A DNA stretch of 63,842 nucleotides, the filler included, from Collodictyon triciliatum (lineage: Eukaryota): the NCBI GenBank assembly GCA_043381765.1. It is 6 parts of 6 records of this genome, joined end to end, with 100 filler letters (N's around TTAATTAATTAA, not from the genome) between each part and the next. Parts side by side here need not be neighbours in the genome. Positions count along the whole stretch, not along the records: positions 33,206 to 49,682 come from JBHJMP010001548.1; positions 49,783 to 58,786 come from JBHJMP010001602.1; 4 more parts are not named here. The stretch is one strand, 5' to 3'. Under the pieces are notes generated by a model. The model ran no database searches and was not told the DNA's origin. It saw only the letters and a program-made list of their open reading frames with translations. This document shows, one piece after another, positions 33,334 to 52,531 of this stretch; the stretch's first letter is position 1, and every line of letters begins with the position of its first letter. Both the position numbers and the translations under genes were made by a program.

Positions 33334-34618
33334 CGGATTTCTTGGTACAGATGTCTGAGGAGGGTCAGGTCGAATCCGTGGTAAGATTATCTCCCCAGCA
33401 AGCAACCCTCTTTGCCGCTTCTTATTGCCATTTATTTGGAAGTGAGACTTGCTCTTCGTTTGTTGTTTCTTTCGCTATGCCAGCAGTTTTCAATATCCTA
33501 GAAGTAAATAAATGCAAAAAATAGAACGTTCGAGGGCACTCCATGTGCATTTTCCTGCTGCTTAAAATATTTTTATATGTAAAACTAACCCCATACATAC
33601 CCTATACTTTAATACCATGTCAAACCCATACGGTATCCAAACATAGACATTCACTCTATTCAGAATATAGTGATATGTATTTATGTACTATCTTTTTGAA
33701 GAATTATTTGCCATCCTTTCACATCTGTAGCAACGAATTCTTTTTTGATTAAGACAAAGTAAATGCTATAAATGTAAATTTTATTTTTCTTTCTGCTCAT
33801 CTACAAAATATATTAGGAGGCACAGAAGGGTCGGTCTAATACAATCCTCTCTACAACGTCTGAAACCCAAGCCTTTTCGACTCGTGTATTCGAATGCATT
33901 AAATCGCGGTATATATAAATCAATAAATTGGAAGGATATAACAACTGCATCATTAAATTTGTGCATTTTAGTTGAAAGGAAATTTTATTACATTATAGGA
34001 ACAAAAAAAAAAAGAAGCAATTTTTGACTTTGATGTACTCTTCATGGTACGCAATCGACCATACGCATACATATATCCCAAATATATTGAGTACTTGAAT
34101 ATCTAGAGACCCAATATGGATCCAGGAAAACTTCATCGCTATAATAGCTTTCTATTTCTTTGGATTCCCACTGCTGTTTTATCGCCGTTACCATCGCTCT
34201 CGTATCATATATGCTGTATTTTCACACATGGTCGGCCTCTTGCTATATTGTATTCAAATGAGAAAAAAAAATTTTCTATCGAAATAGTATATCTATTATT
34301 TTTGTCAAGTGTATAGTTTTCATATTTTGCACCCATACGAGATGTTATGCGGATTATAGCTTTGCCTGGCCTTGATTATCATCAGCATCATCGTATATGT
34401 GAACTCTGATGTGACAACAGAGGCCGCTTTGGATGTATTCTATCCAATATTGTCTTATGTGGCGTGTGCATTTTGTACCTCTGCAGTGTTTTGTTACTCT
34501 GAAGAGTGGCACATTAATCAGGTATCTCCGTTCCATTTTCTCTTTCTTCTTTCTCTTTTCTCTCTTTTCTCTCTTTTCTCTCTTTTCTCTCTTTTCTTTC
34601 TTTCTTTCTTTCTTTCTC

Positions 34619-34717
<99 letters not shown>

Positions 34718-36684
34718 CTTATTTTATTTATTTCTTTATCTCTCTCTTTCACTTACTTTTCTATTATTAATCAAACCGTGCATACCAGTTGATTGTGTCC
34801 AAGTATCCTGGTATTCAAGAAAGAATCATAAAGAAAGAGGATAACATTATTCAATTACCTGACGATTACAAGCAAGATTTACCCCTGCTATCAACTCAAG
34901 AAACCACAGGTGATTTACAGGAGCTCGTAAACGACACAACTTCTGGCGGAAATAATTTTCCGTGAGTCCTTTTGAAGATTGACACACATATACACGATGA
35001 AAGCATATGCACTCAAGCAATATATATATATATATATAAATTGGTGTATCTCTTCGATTTTGGGTATAATCAGGTTTCTCTTATATCTACAGCACACATC
35101 CTCGCTACGTTAGGAAATGGCTATTTTTGTCATATTTATGTGCCCTACCAGTGTCCGTAATACTCCCCTTTTTGCGAATTATCCTTTCTGAGAATGGGTT
35201 TGGAGCACATAACCCCTCCAACACGCAAAGAGCCTTGGTTGTAATCAGCTGCATAAACTCCTTCTTTTTACAAGGATGGATTATCTTCATCGCAATTGAG
35301 GTAAGAAGAACATTTTATATTAATTCAGTTATCTACTTAAATAGTATTATTTTCTTGAGATTGGCTGCATGCTTCATGATGTATCAAACCTGCCTAAATA
35401 CACCTGTCCGACAATCTTAAAAGTGCGTCGAGTACTACTTTCTACGTCACAAAATGGTGCAAAACTTCACTGAAATGACCAAAGAGCATTCAACACAGGT
35501 ATATTATATAAACTTGTGTATTAATAAATTTGCTCTGCGTAACAGTGTGCTCTCTGAATGCATATTTTCACATTTCGTCATCGCTACAGAAAGATAATCT
35601 TCATTTCAACATGAGCACTCTGAAAGGGATTCAAGAGTGGTACATAACCCGACTCCGTATTCAAGTACGTGCACTTTTCATTTGGTGACGTTATTATCTT
35701 TTCATTACTTGCCATTTTCTTTTATTAAATAAATTAATAAATAAATTCCGCTTGCATGTTTTCAACAGCTATTCAGAAGAAAGAGAAGTTTGGGAGCTGA
35801 AAATCTCGCTGGACTTGGAGCCGTCTTTATTGTCGGAGCTCTGATATTCTTTTTAGTCAAGGTTTGCAATAGCTGTTTCTTGAATTGCGTAATTTTCTGA
35901 ATTTTAATTTTTGCTTTTACTTTGGCAATGGTTTAAAATACCTCTGGAGTAAGAAAAGGATGGAGGATAACGATAATTCTTCACCATTATGTCGTTTAAT
36001 TGAGTTCATTTCTTATGTGTCTCCTTCAAAGACTGTTAGGGCAGACTCTATTTCCATCATCTTCGAGTCAGTTTTGAGCCTACGCATTCTCTTTGATATT
36101 TGTGTCCTGCTACTGTTCTTCTTTATCGTATGTGTTATTGGCGCACGAATTAGCTCAGCTCAGAAGCAACACACCACAATCCTGATGATATTGAAGGTGG
36201 TTATTTTTAATTCGAATAAAAATGAAATCAAATCTGACTACTCAAGCCATAAATTACTCTACTATTGAATAATAACTTCCTTTTTCTAAACCCCCACGGA
36301 AAAATTCACGTCGTCGATTCCAAATTATTATTGTGCTCCATACACAAGACCGACGCGATTGCTGACAGTTTGAAAGGAGACGAATCTGTATCTTATCTCA
36401 TTTCATCCTTTTTTTAAAATCAGAATTTCCCTTCCCAATTTGATTCATAGTTATTATGATCAGAATTACATTATTTTGAAAGCCTACAGCGTACATAAAT
36501 GATTATTAATGCGCAGGCTGATGAGCGAGTTCAGATGATTGACGCCGTCTCAAATATAATCAGCCTTTTCGAGATTCAACCAGAAATTTTGGGCATCCCG
36601 TTGACTCCAGAATTCATCAATGGTCTCGTTGCAACAATGGTTGCGCTGTTGTCTGCTTACTTTTCCCAGCTGCTTAGCATATAG
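33334..36684 (+). CDS. PHTF-like seven-TM protein (7TMIC / insect Or-Gr-fold superfamily), multi-exon, probably 5'-truncated
   Basis: Spliced translation CVEYYFLRHKMVQNFTEMT...HFNMSTLKGIQEWYITRLRIQ...IGARISSAQKQHTTIL...QPEILGIPLTPEFINGLVATMVALLSAYFSQLLSI parallels, from memory, the PHTF C-terminal region (CVAERTYKQR...HFRLKKVQNIKMWLSLR...PFRLYGLTMNP...SGVISDLLGF). Confidence 0.7.
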
Positions 36685-36915
36685 ACAACTTAAGAAGAGA
36701 AAACAAGACATCTTCGCTTCTTGGTCGAAAGAAGAATTCCAGAATAAAAACCGGGCGAGTGGCTCCCTTACAACGCTGATTCCTTCGTCCAATCTATTTT
36801 ATTTTATTTTTTGCTCACATCCTCCTGAATGAAATTGCCATGATTCTGAAGAGTCCACCAAGCAAACAGCTGGCATGGGTGCCACTGCAGATGTAGGTGG
36901 ATAATGCGTGAAAAT

Positions 36916-39900
36916 CTAATTCCAATACAACCGCCCAACAACGACAGATTTGGCCAAATCTAAAAATGATGCGAAGCGTTGTATGCTCGGTTGTGGGTCA
37001 ATCAAAGTCTCTCGCGAGCCCGAAGGACTGATGATTTTAGTCTAGTTGTGTGTAGATAAATACTTAAAATAAACTTCCTTTTTTTTTTCATCGACAAGCC
37101 CTTGTTATTTTTTTTAAAAAAATAAAATAAAATAAAGAGCCTATTAAGTAATGTAGCATAATCTTCGAAAATTCAACGATAGAGTGGAGCTTACGCGATA
37201 GATTTCATAATGTGTTTGCTCCATGCTGGTCTTGGTTACATCCAGCAAGCGCACTCCGATATTTCCTATAACAGTGGTGCGATTTCTGGGTCAGAAATGT
37301 ACATTCCTCTGGTCGTACACACGAACAAACATAGATGAAGAAAATCGTATAAGATTACTGGTTAGTGCTTCACATACCTGGAAAGTGATAAGGCCGCACT
37401 GCCTTAAATAAGACTGAATAAATGGAATTACTGTTGGAGATATTGGCGAGTTGGGCTAATGTCATACAGACAATCTCAAGTGTAATTTGAACTGATGCGA
37501 AGAGGATGTAATAGAGAAATATTGTGGGTAGAACAAGAACAAGAACTGAGAAGCAGACCACCGATACAGATATATTTGTTACATCATATTTGTATTTGAT
37601 GTCCAACCCGCCTGGTAAAATAACTTGCTTCCCTATTCGTTTATTTATTTAATCTAAAGATTAATTTGCGCTCCCTTGCCGCACATAAAGAAGCTCATGT
37701 TTTACATAGCAGGAAAATAAATGAATGTATACGATTCATACTGCGAAGGAACTTAGCAATACCTCTCATGGTAGAGTAGGAAATGCCCATTAGATAAAGC
37801 AGGCAAAAATAACACTTGGTGAGGTAGATGTAAAAGAACCGGACATGGAACGTGAGAACTCTCACAGCATCACTTATGAACGCAAAGCTGCAAGAGATTC
37901 CAAATATACTTAAAAACGAAGCTAGCACCAAGGTATATCTAAATATGATGACTTTTCCAAGCAGAACATCTAGAATGGAGCACAAGACCAATTGTATATC
38001 AATAAATTATACACATATATACACCTCATGCAAAATAACATACCTCTCCATGCTTCTAAAAAGTATATGATAAGCTGGCTAAGAACTGGTGTCAAAGAAG
38101 GGTTCAGCTTGAGGCCAGCTGGATTTTTCGATAGCCAATCTACGTAGATGTAAAAGTGCTGAAATGTGATTTTCTTGTAGCCTTCAAAGATATAATCAGA
38201 TAGTTGGTCAATATTTGAGAGTATGAACGCAGAGAATAACATCCCAAAGAAGACATCTATCACAACGCTCAGCTGTGTGTTGTTGTACCTAAAAAAAAAT
38301 AAATGAAGTTCAAGACGTCACTTCACTCAAGGCAATACTTGTGATATTACAGAAAGAAATTACTGCAGACCGTAGATGATTCTCAAAGTCGATGAAGTCA
38401 TTCTCGAGAAGGAATCTGTGTCTCCTCATTGATATAATGCCAGCAAGTTGCTCTATGCGATTCTGAACAATACTTGCTATATTGGTCAATCGTATACAAA
38501 GTAAGAGCATTAATCATTATTGATAAGTAAATTCAGAATTTTTTCAATAATATGTATGCCACGCAAATATGAAAGTAGAATTCCTTCATATGAAGGAAAT
38601 AAAGGAGAACCTGATTGTATTGCAACTTTTTTATGCAGATACTCTAATGCCCTCCAATAACCGCGTCCTCGAATTCGAAATGGATCTGCTGTTGTTTGGC
38701 TGCTTTCCGTTTTCAACTGCCCATGAGGTTCGGACGTCGTGTTTTCAAAGGCATTCCAATAATTCAGCCTTTTTGATATTATACCGGAATATTGGAGCTA
38801 GATTGGGGATGAAAATTACTTTGAAGAATGAGGAAACCAAAAAAAATTTAAGAAAAGAAGGCGAAATAATACATTTAAGAACCTTACGATGTGACAAGCG
38901 ATTTCAAATGGACTTTTTTGAGCATTTGTGGCGGGGTGGCTATCTTCACGCTTGTAGGAGTCGCCAAAGGTAATAAAATTCGGGATTTTATCGCGTTGGT
39001 AACAACACCATACTACATGACGGTCTGTCGACCTAGATGATTACATGTTACGTTGTTCCCAATAAAATAATCAATGTTTGCTTCTCTATATTTTTTCGAA
39101 AAAAAAAGGAAAATTATCTATGTATCGTCATATATATGCGCCATGATAAAGCTTAAAGTGTCGTCGAAAAGAATCAATATTTTCTGGTATATGAACGTAA
39201 TATGATAGTCTTATGGAATGCGGAACCTTATTTGTGGGTGCTTTTCATCGAACACAATATCCAGATAATCGCGTCCTGGTCATAATTCAACAATATGATT
39301 GTATTAGCATATACCACATTTCATTTGTTAAAGTCTGTATAGAAAGATGACAATATCTTGTTAACATGCTTTCAATGATTGACCTAGAATTAATCCACAT
39401 AGATTATATTCAAATAGTTCTAGTATGCCGAAATACAGAAAAGATACCACATATTTTTTCCCTTTATTCGATTCAAACTAAGATACCACATATTTTGTAA
39501 ATATATATGCCATATAGTGGTTTGATCTACACCTGTAAGATATATATCAGGTACCCTGTTTAGCGTGCCCACTATACTCAAACCACTGATGTTTGGAGAG
39601 AAAATCTCAACAGCAAGTTTAGATTTGTTAAACTCGTCCATAAACCCTAGCAGCTAGCTATTCTCTTAGAAAACAATCAATAAAACCCAAAAAGAAAAGA
39701 AAAGGATAATTTTTCTTTCAGATTGAATATATTTTTCTAATCAAACTCAAAAAAAAAAGGTACTAGTGACATGAATTCATACGAAATGGAAGTAATGGAA
39801 CCTTGTCTTGGTCCCGGTCTTTATGAAGCTCGATGCAGCCGAATACTATGACAATACCCCCACGTAGTGCTGCGCCCACAAGCAATCCCTTGGCTCTCGG

Positions 39901-39948
39901 TCTGATTTGATCCATGGGGAAGTACAAATGGAGACATGAATCATTCAT
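36916..39948 (-). CDS. PIGQ: GPI-GlcNAc transferase subunit Q (PIG-Q/GPI1), multi-exon
   Basis: VDWLSKNPAGLKLNPSL (Gpi1 signature, ~38100-38145), IDVFFG, YDVTNISVSVVCFSVLVLVLPTIFLYY, and an N-terminal LYFP...GLLVG motif. Both ends are approximate. Confidence 0.85.
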
Positions 39949-40101
39949 CCAGGCAGCGACAAACCCCTCTCTCGGGGCAGCTGTTGCCTGGAAAAAAAAT
40001 GTTGCTTCAGTGGCATATTATTCACTTTTGGATTGTTTCTCAATTGCTTCCCAAGACACCCTTAGTATCCTTCTTGTAAACACGAGAGAGAGAGAGAAAT
40101 A

Positions 40102-40193
<92 letters not shown>

Positions 40194-41572
40194 AAATAGT
40201 GGTAATAGTGATAAGAATCAAAAACGAAAATGAAAATAATTTGAATGAAAAGAAAAGAAAAATGCAGAAGAAAAGAAAATAATTTGAAAGAAAAGAGAAA
40301 AAAAAAGGAATCTCCACTTGGCCTTGGATATGCGCCAGGAGCCGCACAAGGATGACCCACATCCAATCAAAGCCCTTCGCTCTGCTTCTTACGCGAATGT
40401 TCCAGAGCAATCCTTTTGCGGAAATTTCGACACAACTCATTTCTTCGCAACCACCACCCAGATCAGCACAACCGACAGCGCCCACTGCCAGATCACAAAA
40501 AGCGACAGAGACAAATCAAAGCGTACGGAAACACAGCAGAGTGCAGCCGCTTCTGCTACTTGTCTGCTCACTCTCACCCACTTCCTCCCGCCTTCTCCAG
40601 AGCCGCATTTTGCGTCAGTTTGTCTGCATGTCCGGTCGAAGCGCCCCCAGCACAAATCCACACCCCGCCGATCAAAGAGGCCCCCGGGAAGCGAAAAGGA
40701 ATCCGTCTCCAGGGACTCGGCCAAGCTACTCGGCGATATATCTGGCCGGCTCATCCAGCGGCCAAGCAAATGCACGGCGTTCTCAGACAACCAGCAAAGG
40801 CACGTCCCCAGCAAGAGCCGCGCAGGCCTCCCAGGGCGATCAGCTCATGGCTGCAAAGGCAAGACGCCAACAGGAAATGTCTGCCGCCGCTTCACGGCCG
40901 TCTTTGCCTCTCCCGGAATTCCAGTGACCATATCTCCCTATTCCTTTAGTTTATTGACAGTGCAGATGACACAATGCCGGATTCATGAAGGGCTTGGGCT
41001 GCCTTCACAAGGGCGCAATAATTGGTGGAGTGTAGGGGGAAAAAAATAATACATCTGCGGAACTACCTTGCGATGTCTCCGCGAAAAAAAGAAAACTTCG
41101 CAAACTAATTCACGCCTGAAATATCGCCGCTGTCGCTTCTTCCATATTTGCTTCTTATTTCTTTGGGCTTGGGACTCGAGAAACAAATAAAAACAAGACC
41201 ATACAGAACACAAGAAGGGAAGGGAGAGAGAAAGGACAAGCGATTGAGCTATGTCTTCATGGAATCTTTTTGGCTGCAGCACCACCCAAATAATAATAAT
41301 AATAATAATAATAATGAATACTCGTTGTAGTCATCTTGCTCAGCGTCATAATACCCAACTCAAACTCATTAAGGATGATAGAGACAATCGTTTACACCTG
41401 CGTTATATCTTGTCATTCTGTGAGAGTCAGGGGACTCATTCAGGATGACGCCACTGCCATTCTAGGGGAGGCTTTCTCTGTGATTATTTCTTCCCGCTGC
41501 AATTCTGACCCAGGAAATGAAGCCAGGTGGCAAGTGGCCAAAAAGAAATATGCCTGCTTACGAAAACGCACA

Positions 41573-42523
41573 ATGCTCGCATCATTAACACAGACACGAG
41601 GAGGCCGAGGTTGAAGGTGAAAAAGCCAAAGACACTCAATAAAAGTACCCAAAAAATAGAAATCAGGGCACTGCATCTCCCGACCAGCCAACCAACCAAG
41701 AAACGTTGCAAAGTATATACATACTATTATAGCTCAAGTATTTAACTTTTTTTTTTTGTTTTCAGCACCTTCCCTCACTCTTGCCGAGAGTCTAACTGAG
41801 TCCTTTTTTTTTCGGCTTCCTTATTTTTTCTTTCAAACTGCCTCTGTAGTGTCCTCCTCCTCCAAAAGCCACGAAGACTTTCGCGCCAAACTGACTCCTG
41901 AACAGGTTCGCTCCTTCCGAATCCCTTCGCCTTCCTTGTTGAACTCGTGTTTAACCGTGGAAATGAGGATTCTTTCCATTCCTCTCGAATAGAAACGCTG
42001 CGTTCCTGAGAAGAAATAATTTATGAATTCCTTTTCCTTTTCCTTTTCTTTTTCTTTTTCTTTTTCTTTTTCTTTTTCTTTTTCTTTTTCTTTTTCTTTT
42101 TCTTTTTCTTTTTCTTTTTCTTTTCCTTTTTCTTTTCCTTTTTCTTTTTCTTTTTCTTTTTCTTTTTCTTTTTCTTTTTCTTTTTCTTTTTCTTTTTCTT
42201 TTTCTTTTTCTTTCCTTTCCATTTTCCTACGTCTTAGTATGGTTTGAAATGAATGAATATTCCCCTCTGCAATGCTGCTTTGTTGCGAGGTTGGAGTCAT
42301 ATCTCTCACTGATGATTATTGCGGACATAGTTTAATGTATGCCGTATGAAAGGGACTGAACGCGCGTTCACCGGAAAGTTTTATAAGCACTCTGAGAAAG
42401 GCACATATGTGTGTGTTTGTTGTGGAGCAGATTTGTTCAAGTGCCTTTCCTTTCCTTAGTCTCGGATTATCATCTTTCATGTTTAATTCGTTTCTTGCAA
42501 TCGAGGAACTCATATGACAACTT

Positions 42524-42579
<56 letters not shown>

Positions 42580-43093
42580 TAATAAGACAATACATGCTTG
42601 ACATTCCCTCTTCGTACGAGCTAGGTCTGAACATAAGTATGATTCTGGCTCTGGATGGCCTTCTTTCTACTCGACCGCAAACAAGTTAAATGTAAAGGAG
42701 ATAACTGATTACAGCCACGGAATGGTCCGTGTGGAGGTCGTTTGCGCGAAGGTAACCGAGTTCACCTTTCAAGATGATTGACAATTCTATGATACCAAGT
42801 TGTAAATATACCGACATATTTGCCCCTCTAATTAACGTGCGTATCCATCTCGCTCTAGTGCGACTCCCACCTCGGGTAATATACCGCCTGATGCTCTCAA
42901 TCAAAACACCCACGTCGTCAGACATTTCATTATTTAATTTAACACGTATTTATTATGCGACTATTCCATCATAAGCATGATGCATACCTGAAATATTTCA
43001 ATTAGACATGTTTTCGAAGATGGCCCCAGAGACAAAGGAGGCCTCCGCTTTTGCATCAACAGCGCATCGTTAGATTTCACATCCTCTCTCTGA
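41573..43093 (+). CDS. msrB: Methionine-R-sulfoxide reductase MsrB (Cys, Zn-binding form), multi-exon
   Basis: [61 protein letters not shown] and [10 protein letters not shown]. Stop at 43091-43093. The first exon is tentative. Confidence 0.92.
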
Positions 43094-43827
43094 ATGACTT
43101 GATGAACTATCCAAGGCCCAATCACAGATGTTGAATAAAAAAGTCATGGGCATAAATAACACGCTAACCTCAAGCAAGACTGTTTTTAATCCCTTTATTC
43201 GCTTCGAGTTAAGGAATAATTACAAAATCTTAATTAGATAAACGTGAATTCTCTATCTTTTATTTCTTTAGTGCCTGCTTTCTCCAGAACATAGTCAAAT
43301 TAACGCTTAAGCTTTGAAGTAAAATCATACATGTTTGACACGAAGCACCCCTGCAAAAGTGCGGGCGGATTTAGACATCCCAGCGCACAAAAGGCAGCCA
43401 CGCACTTCAACGCCGTGTGCCCTCATATATTCCACATTTAGCTAATAGACAAAAATTGCCTAATTATTAATCACTTCTTTGAAACTGCGACCGCTATATG
43501 TGGAAGGCACCCAGGATTGAATCGGCTCCACAACGGCTTCGGCAAAGATCGGGACTCGGAACTGTCCAAAGGCTTTGTCTCCTCCTGCGCGCAACTCTTC
43601 GTTGTGCCTTTCGCTGCTTCGATGACTCTTGTTATGATCCAATTATTTCATTTCTTTTCGTCTTGGTTTTTTTTTTTTGGTATAGTTCTTATTTTGTTGG
43701 CCATTTTTCTATTATCATCATCTTTCATCGATGTCTGGGATGTTTTGATTATTTTTTTTTAATTTCATTTTTATTTTTCATTTATCTCGTTTGCTCTCTT
43801 TTTCCTTGCGTCAGACTGTGTGCAGCA

Positions 43828-49682
<5,855 letters not shown>

Positions 49683-49832
49683 NNNNNNNNNNNNNNNNNN
49701 NNNNNNNNNNNNNNNNNNNNNNNNNNTTAATTAATTAANNNNNNNNNNNNNNNNNNNNNNNNNNNNNNNNNNNNNNNNNNNNCCCCCCTCCTCTAAAACA
49801 CACTCCCCTTTTTTTTCTCTCTCTTTCCTCCC

Positions 49833-49864
<32 letters not shown>

Positions 49865-50983
49865 GATATACTCAGGCCACCCATAATGGCCGTTTGCAAG
49901 CTCCTGTACCGATTCTTTGGGTGCCTGACTCGATTTGAAGAGGCTGTGCAAGCGAGTACTCCTAACCTTTTTTACACCCCGATGCGCCCGTTGCCTGGAA
50001 GTGACCCTGTCGAGTCTGAAAGACGGAGGTATGAATTTATCTAAGCCACGGGGTTCTTTTCGACATGATATTACATCACAAACACAAAATTTTCCTTGGC
50101 AGTTTCTTTTCTTTTTTCTTTCTTTCTTATCTGTTTTAATGATTTGATTAATGTGGTGGTGTACATTACTGTCTCATATATTGGAATATGGATTTGTCGA
50201 GAATAGGCAGTTAGCCATGAAGGTTATGGAGGAGCGGCTCGGGGCTGCCCCAAATTCTTTCAGCGATGTCCAGCCGGTGTCTTCTGTCTAAGCAAAAAAA
50301 TAAAAATAAAAAATAAACAAGATATACCAAAAAATGCAACTCATCTCTATCTCCACCCTTTTTTCCACAACGGGCAGCAGTACGGCCAAGATACAACGGA
50401 GCCCAACCCACAACAACACATTTCTGGAAAGGATGTTCCTTCTATGAACACGGACTAATCAGACTATGTTTCCAATCTTCCAATTTCAATTATCATCCAT
50501 ATATGTAATTTACAAAAATAGAAATAGATTGCTTTGTGACAAAATCGCCACTTTTGCCACGCAAGCAAGGTCTTTTGATCACAACCACAAAGAAGGACGG
50601 AAGCCAGCCAAGTGGAGGGAAAAATACATCGTGTGAGGCGCACTGGGAAAGTCTTCTGGGTTGAGTCTTGGAACTGCCCGAAAACTGCTGATGGGATAAA
50701 ATAGAAAAAGCCACTTTTTTTTTTTAATATAATAATGTACAATCTTCTGTATTCTCTCTTTTTTTCTTTTCATTTGGACATAACTAAGCTTTTTTTTTTT
50801 CGGCTTATTTCTTGAAAGCAAGGGCGAGTGGAATCACTCGAAGGCAAAAATAAATAAAAAAAAAAAAACAAAAACGATTGAGTAAAGCGTTGATTTGCTA
50901 CACTGAGATTGTAATTATTATTTTTTTGTTGAACCTTTTCCTCCTTTTTTTTTTTTTTAATCTTTTTTGAAAAATAGAATAGA

Positions 50984-52471
50984 ATGAGGCTCTTTACAGA
51001 TGCGCATAATCCCCACGCAATCAAGGCACAAATCGTCGCCGCTGCGGCCAAAGTTCAAATCCCAGTTATCGTCGTTTCAGACTCAGGTTTTTTCTTCATC
51101 TTTTTCTCTTAAAGTCTTTTGTTTATTCTATATTGAACGACTGATTCTGAAAGTTTGACGGATGTTGCCTTTCCATTCTCTGTAATCATGCAACATCGAA
51201 ATTTTTGAACTATGCAGTCTTCAATTTCTTTAGCATTTGTCTTTGATATGCATTCTGACACGCGGTCATCAATCTCATAAAACAACCATATGTTTTAAAT
51301 GGCACTGATTTGTTTGACGCCAGTTGAACTTTTGGTGCAATACTCACAATCAACATTCCAGCAAAACACGGAGTACTTCCCACATTGGACTTTGGCGAAG
51401 ATAGTGTAATCACTGGGGCGAATTCCATCGCCTTGTAAGAGTCATTTAATTTCGAATTGATTCATTTTATAGCTAAGAGAAAAAATGCAACTGATTTTAT
51501 CCTACGCCATATTCGTTGTCATGTTATCATGCATGCATGTAATCTAGTATTGGATTTTCCATAGCTGGTTCTAATTGATATAGTTCTCTTTCTCTTTTTT
51601 TTCTTTTCTTTTTTACATTCTTTGACTTTGATTACCTATCAACAAGACATATCGTTACGAAGCATGAAACCCCCTTGTACCCTGTGAGCAAAAAAGAGGC
51701 TGTTTCGGCTATTCTGAAGTGGGTTGAATGGGAATACAAGGCTGAATCAGTTATCTCAAACTACCAACTTAGCAAAGAGCAGCGCGGAGTTGGAAGAGTA
51801 TGAACTTGCATACCTGATTGCTTCCTATTACAATACATTCTTAAGATGGATTTATACTCTTAATTTCCTTTCCTTTATCTGTAACTTGATGTATCATGAC
51901 TGAGTAATTCACTAAAGGTCGATTCAGTTTCTGCTGAAGAGTTCAATAATCTCTTAAAGGAAACGGAAGAGCATCTTTCCAAAAACGCCTATTTAGTTGG
52001 TGTATGTATCCTCAATTAGTATACCAGGGCTCCTATAGTTGATTACCCACACGTACTATGTATTCATCAAAATTATTTAATTATCTCCTTTTAAACTAAC
52101 CGCCAGGCCGAAATCACCTTTGCTGACATTATTGTCTGGGCCACCCTAAGTGTTGTTTTCCATCCCTCAATTGAAGGCGATTTCGCGAGAACAACATACT
52201 CTGCTCTGAGCTCTTGGTTTGACCGTGTTTCTGCTGATGCTAATGTAGTCCAGGGCCTGAAACAAGTGTCTTTCCATGCGACTAAATCGAAGGTGACGTT
52301 TTACATCTCTTAAATCCAGTTAAATAAAAAAAAATAATGAAGACATGCACTTTTGCCTCAATTCTTTTCACGATATTATTCAGTATGCTCTTTGGAATCG
52401 CTATCTTCAAACATACAGTTTTGGAGAAGGGTATATTGTCTTTCTAACATGTTTTCAAAATGTATCCCCCC

Positions 52472-52531
<60 letters not shown>

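Noticed and set aside
43040-43093. Selenoprotein MsrB
   Set aside because: The catalytic codon is TGC (RFCINS), not TGA.
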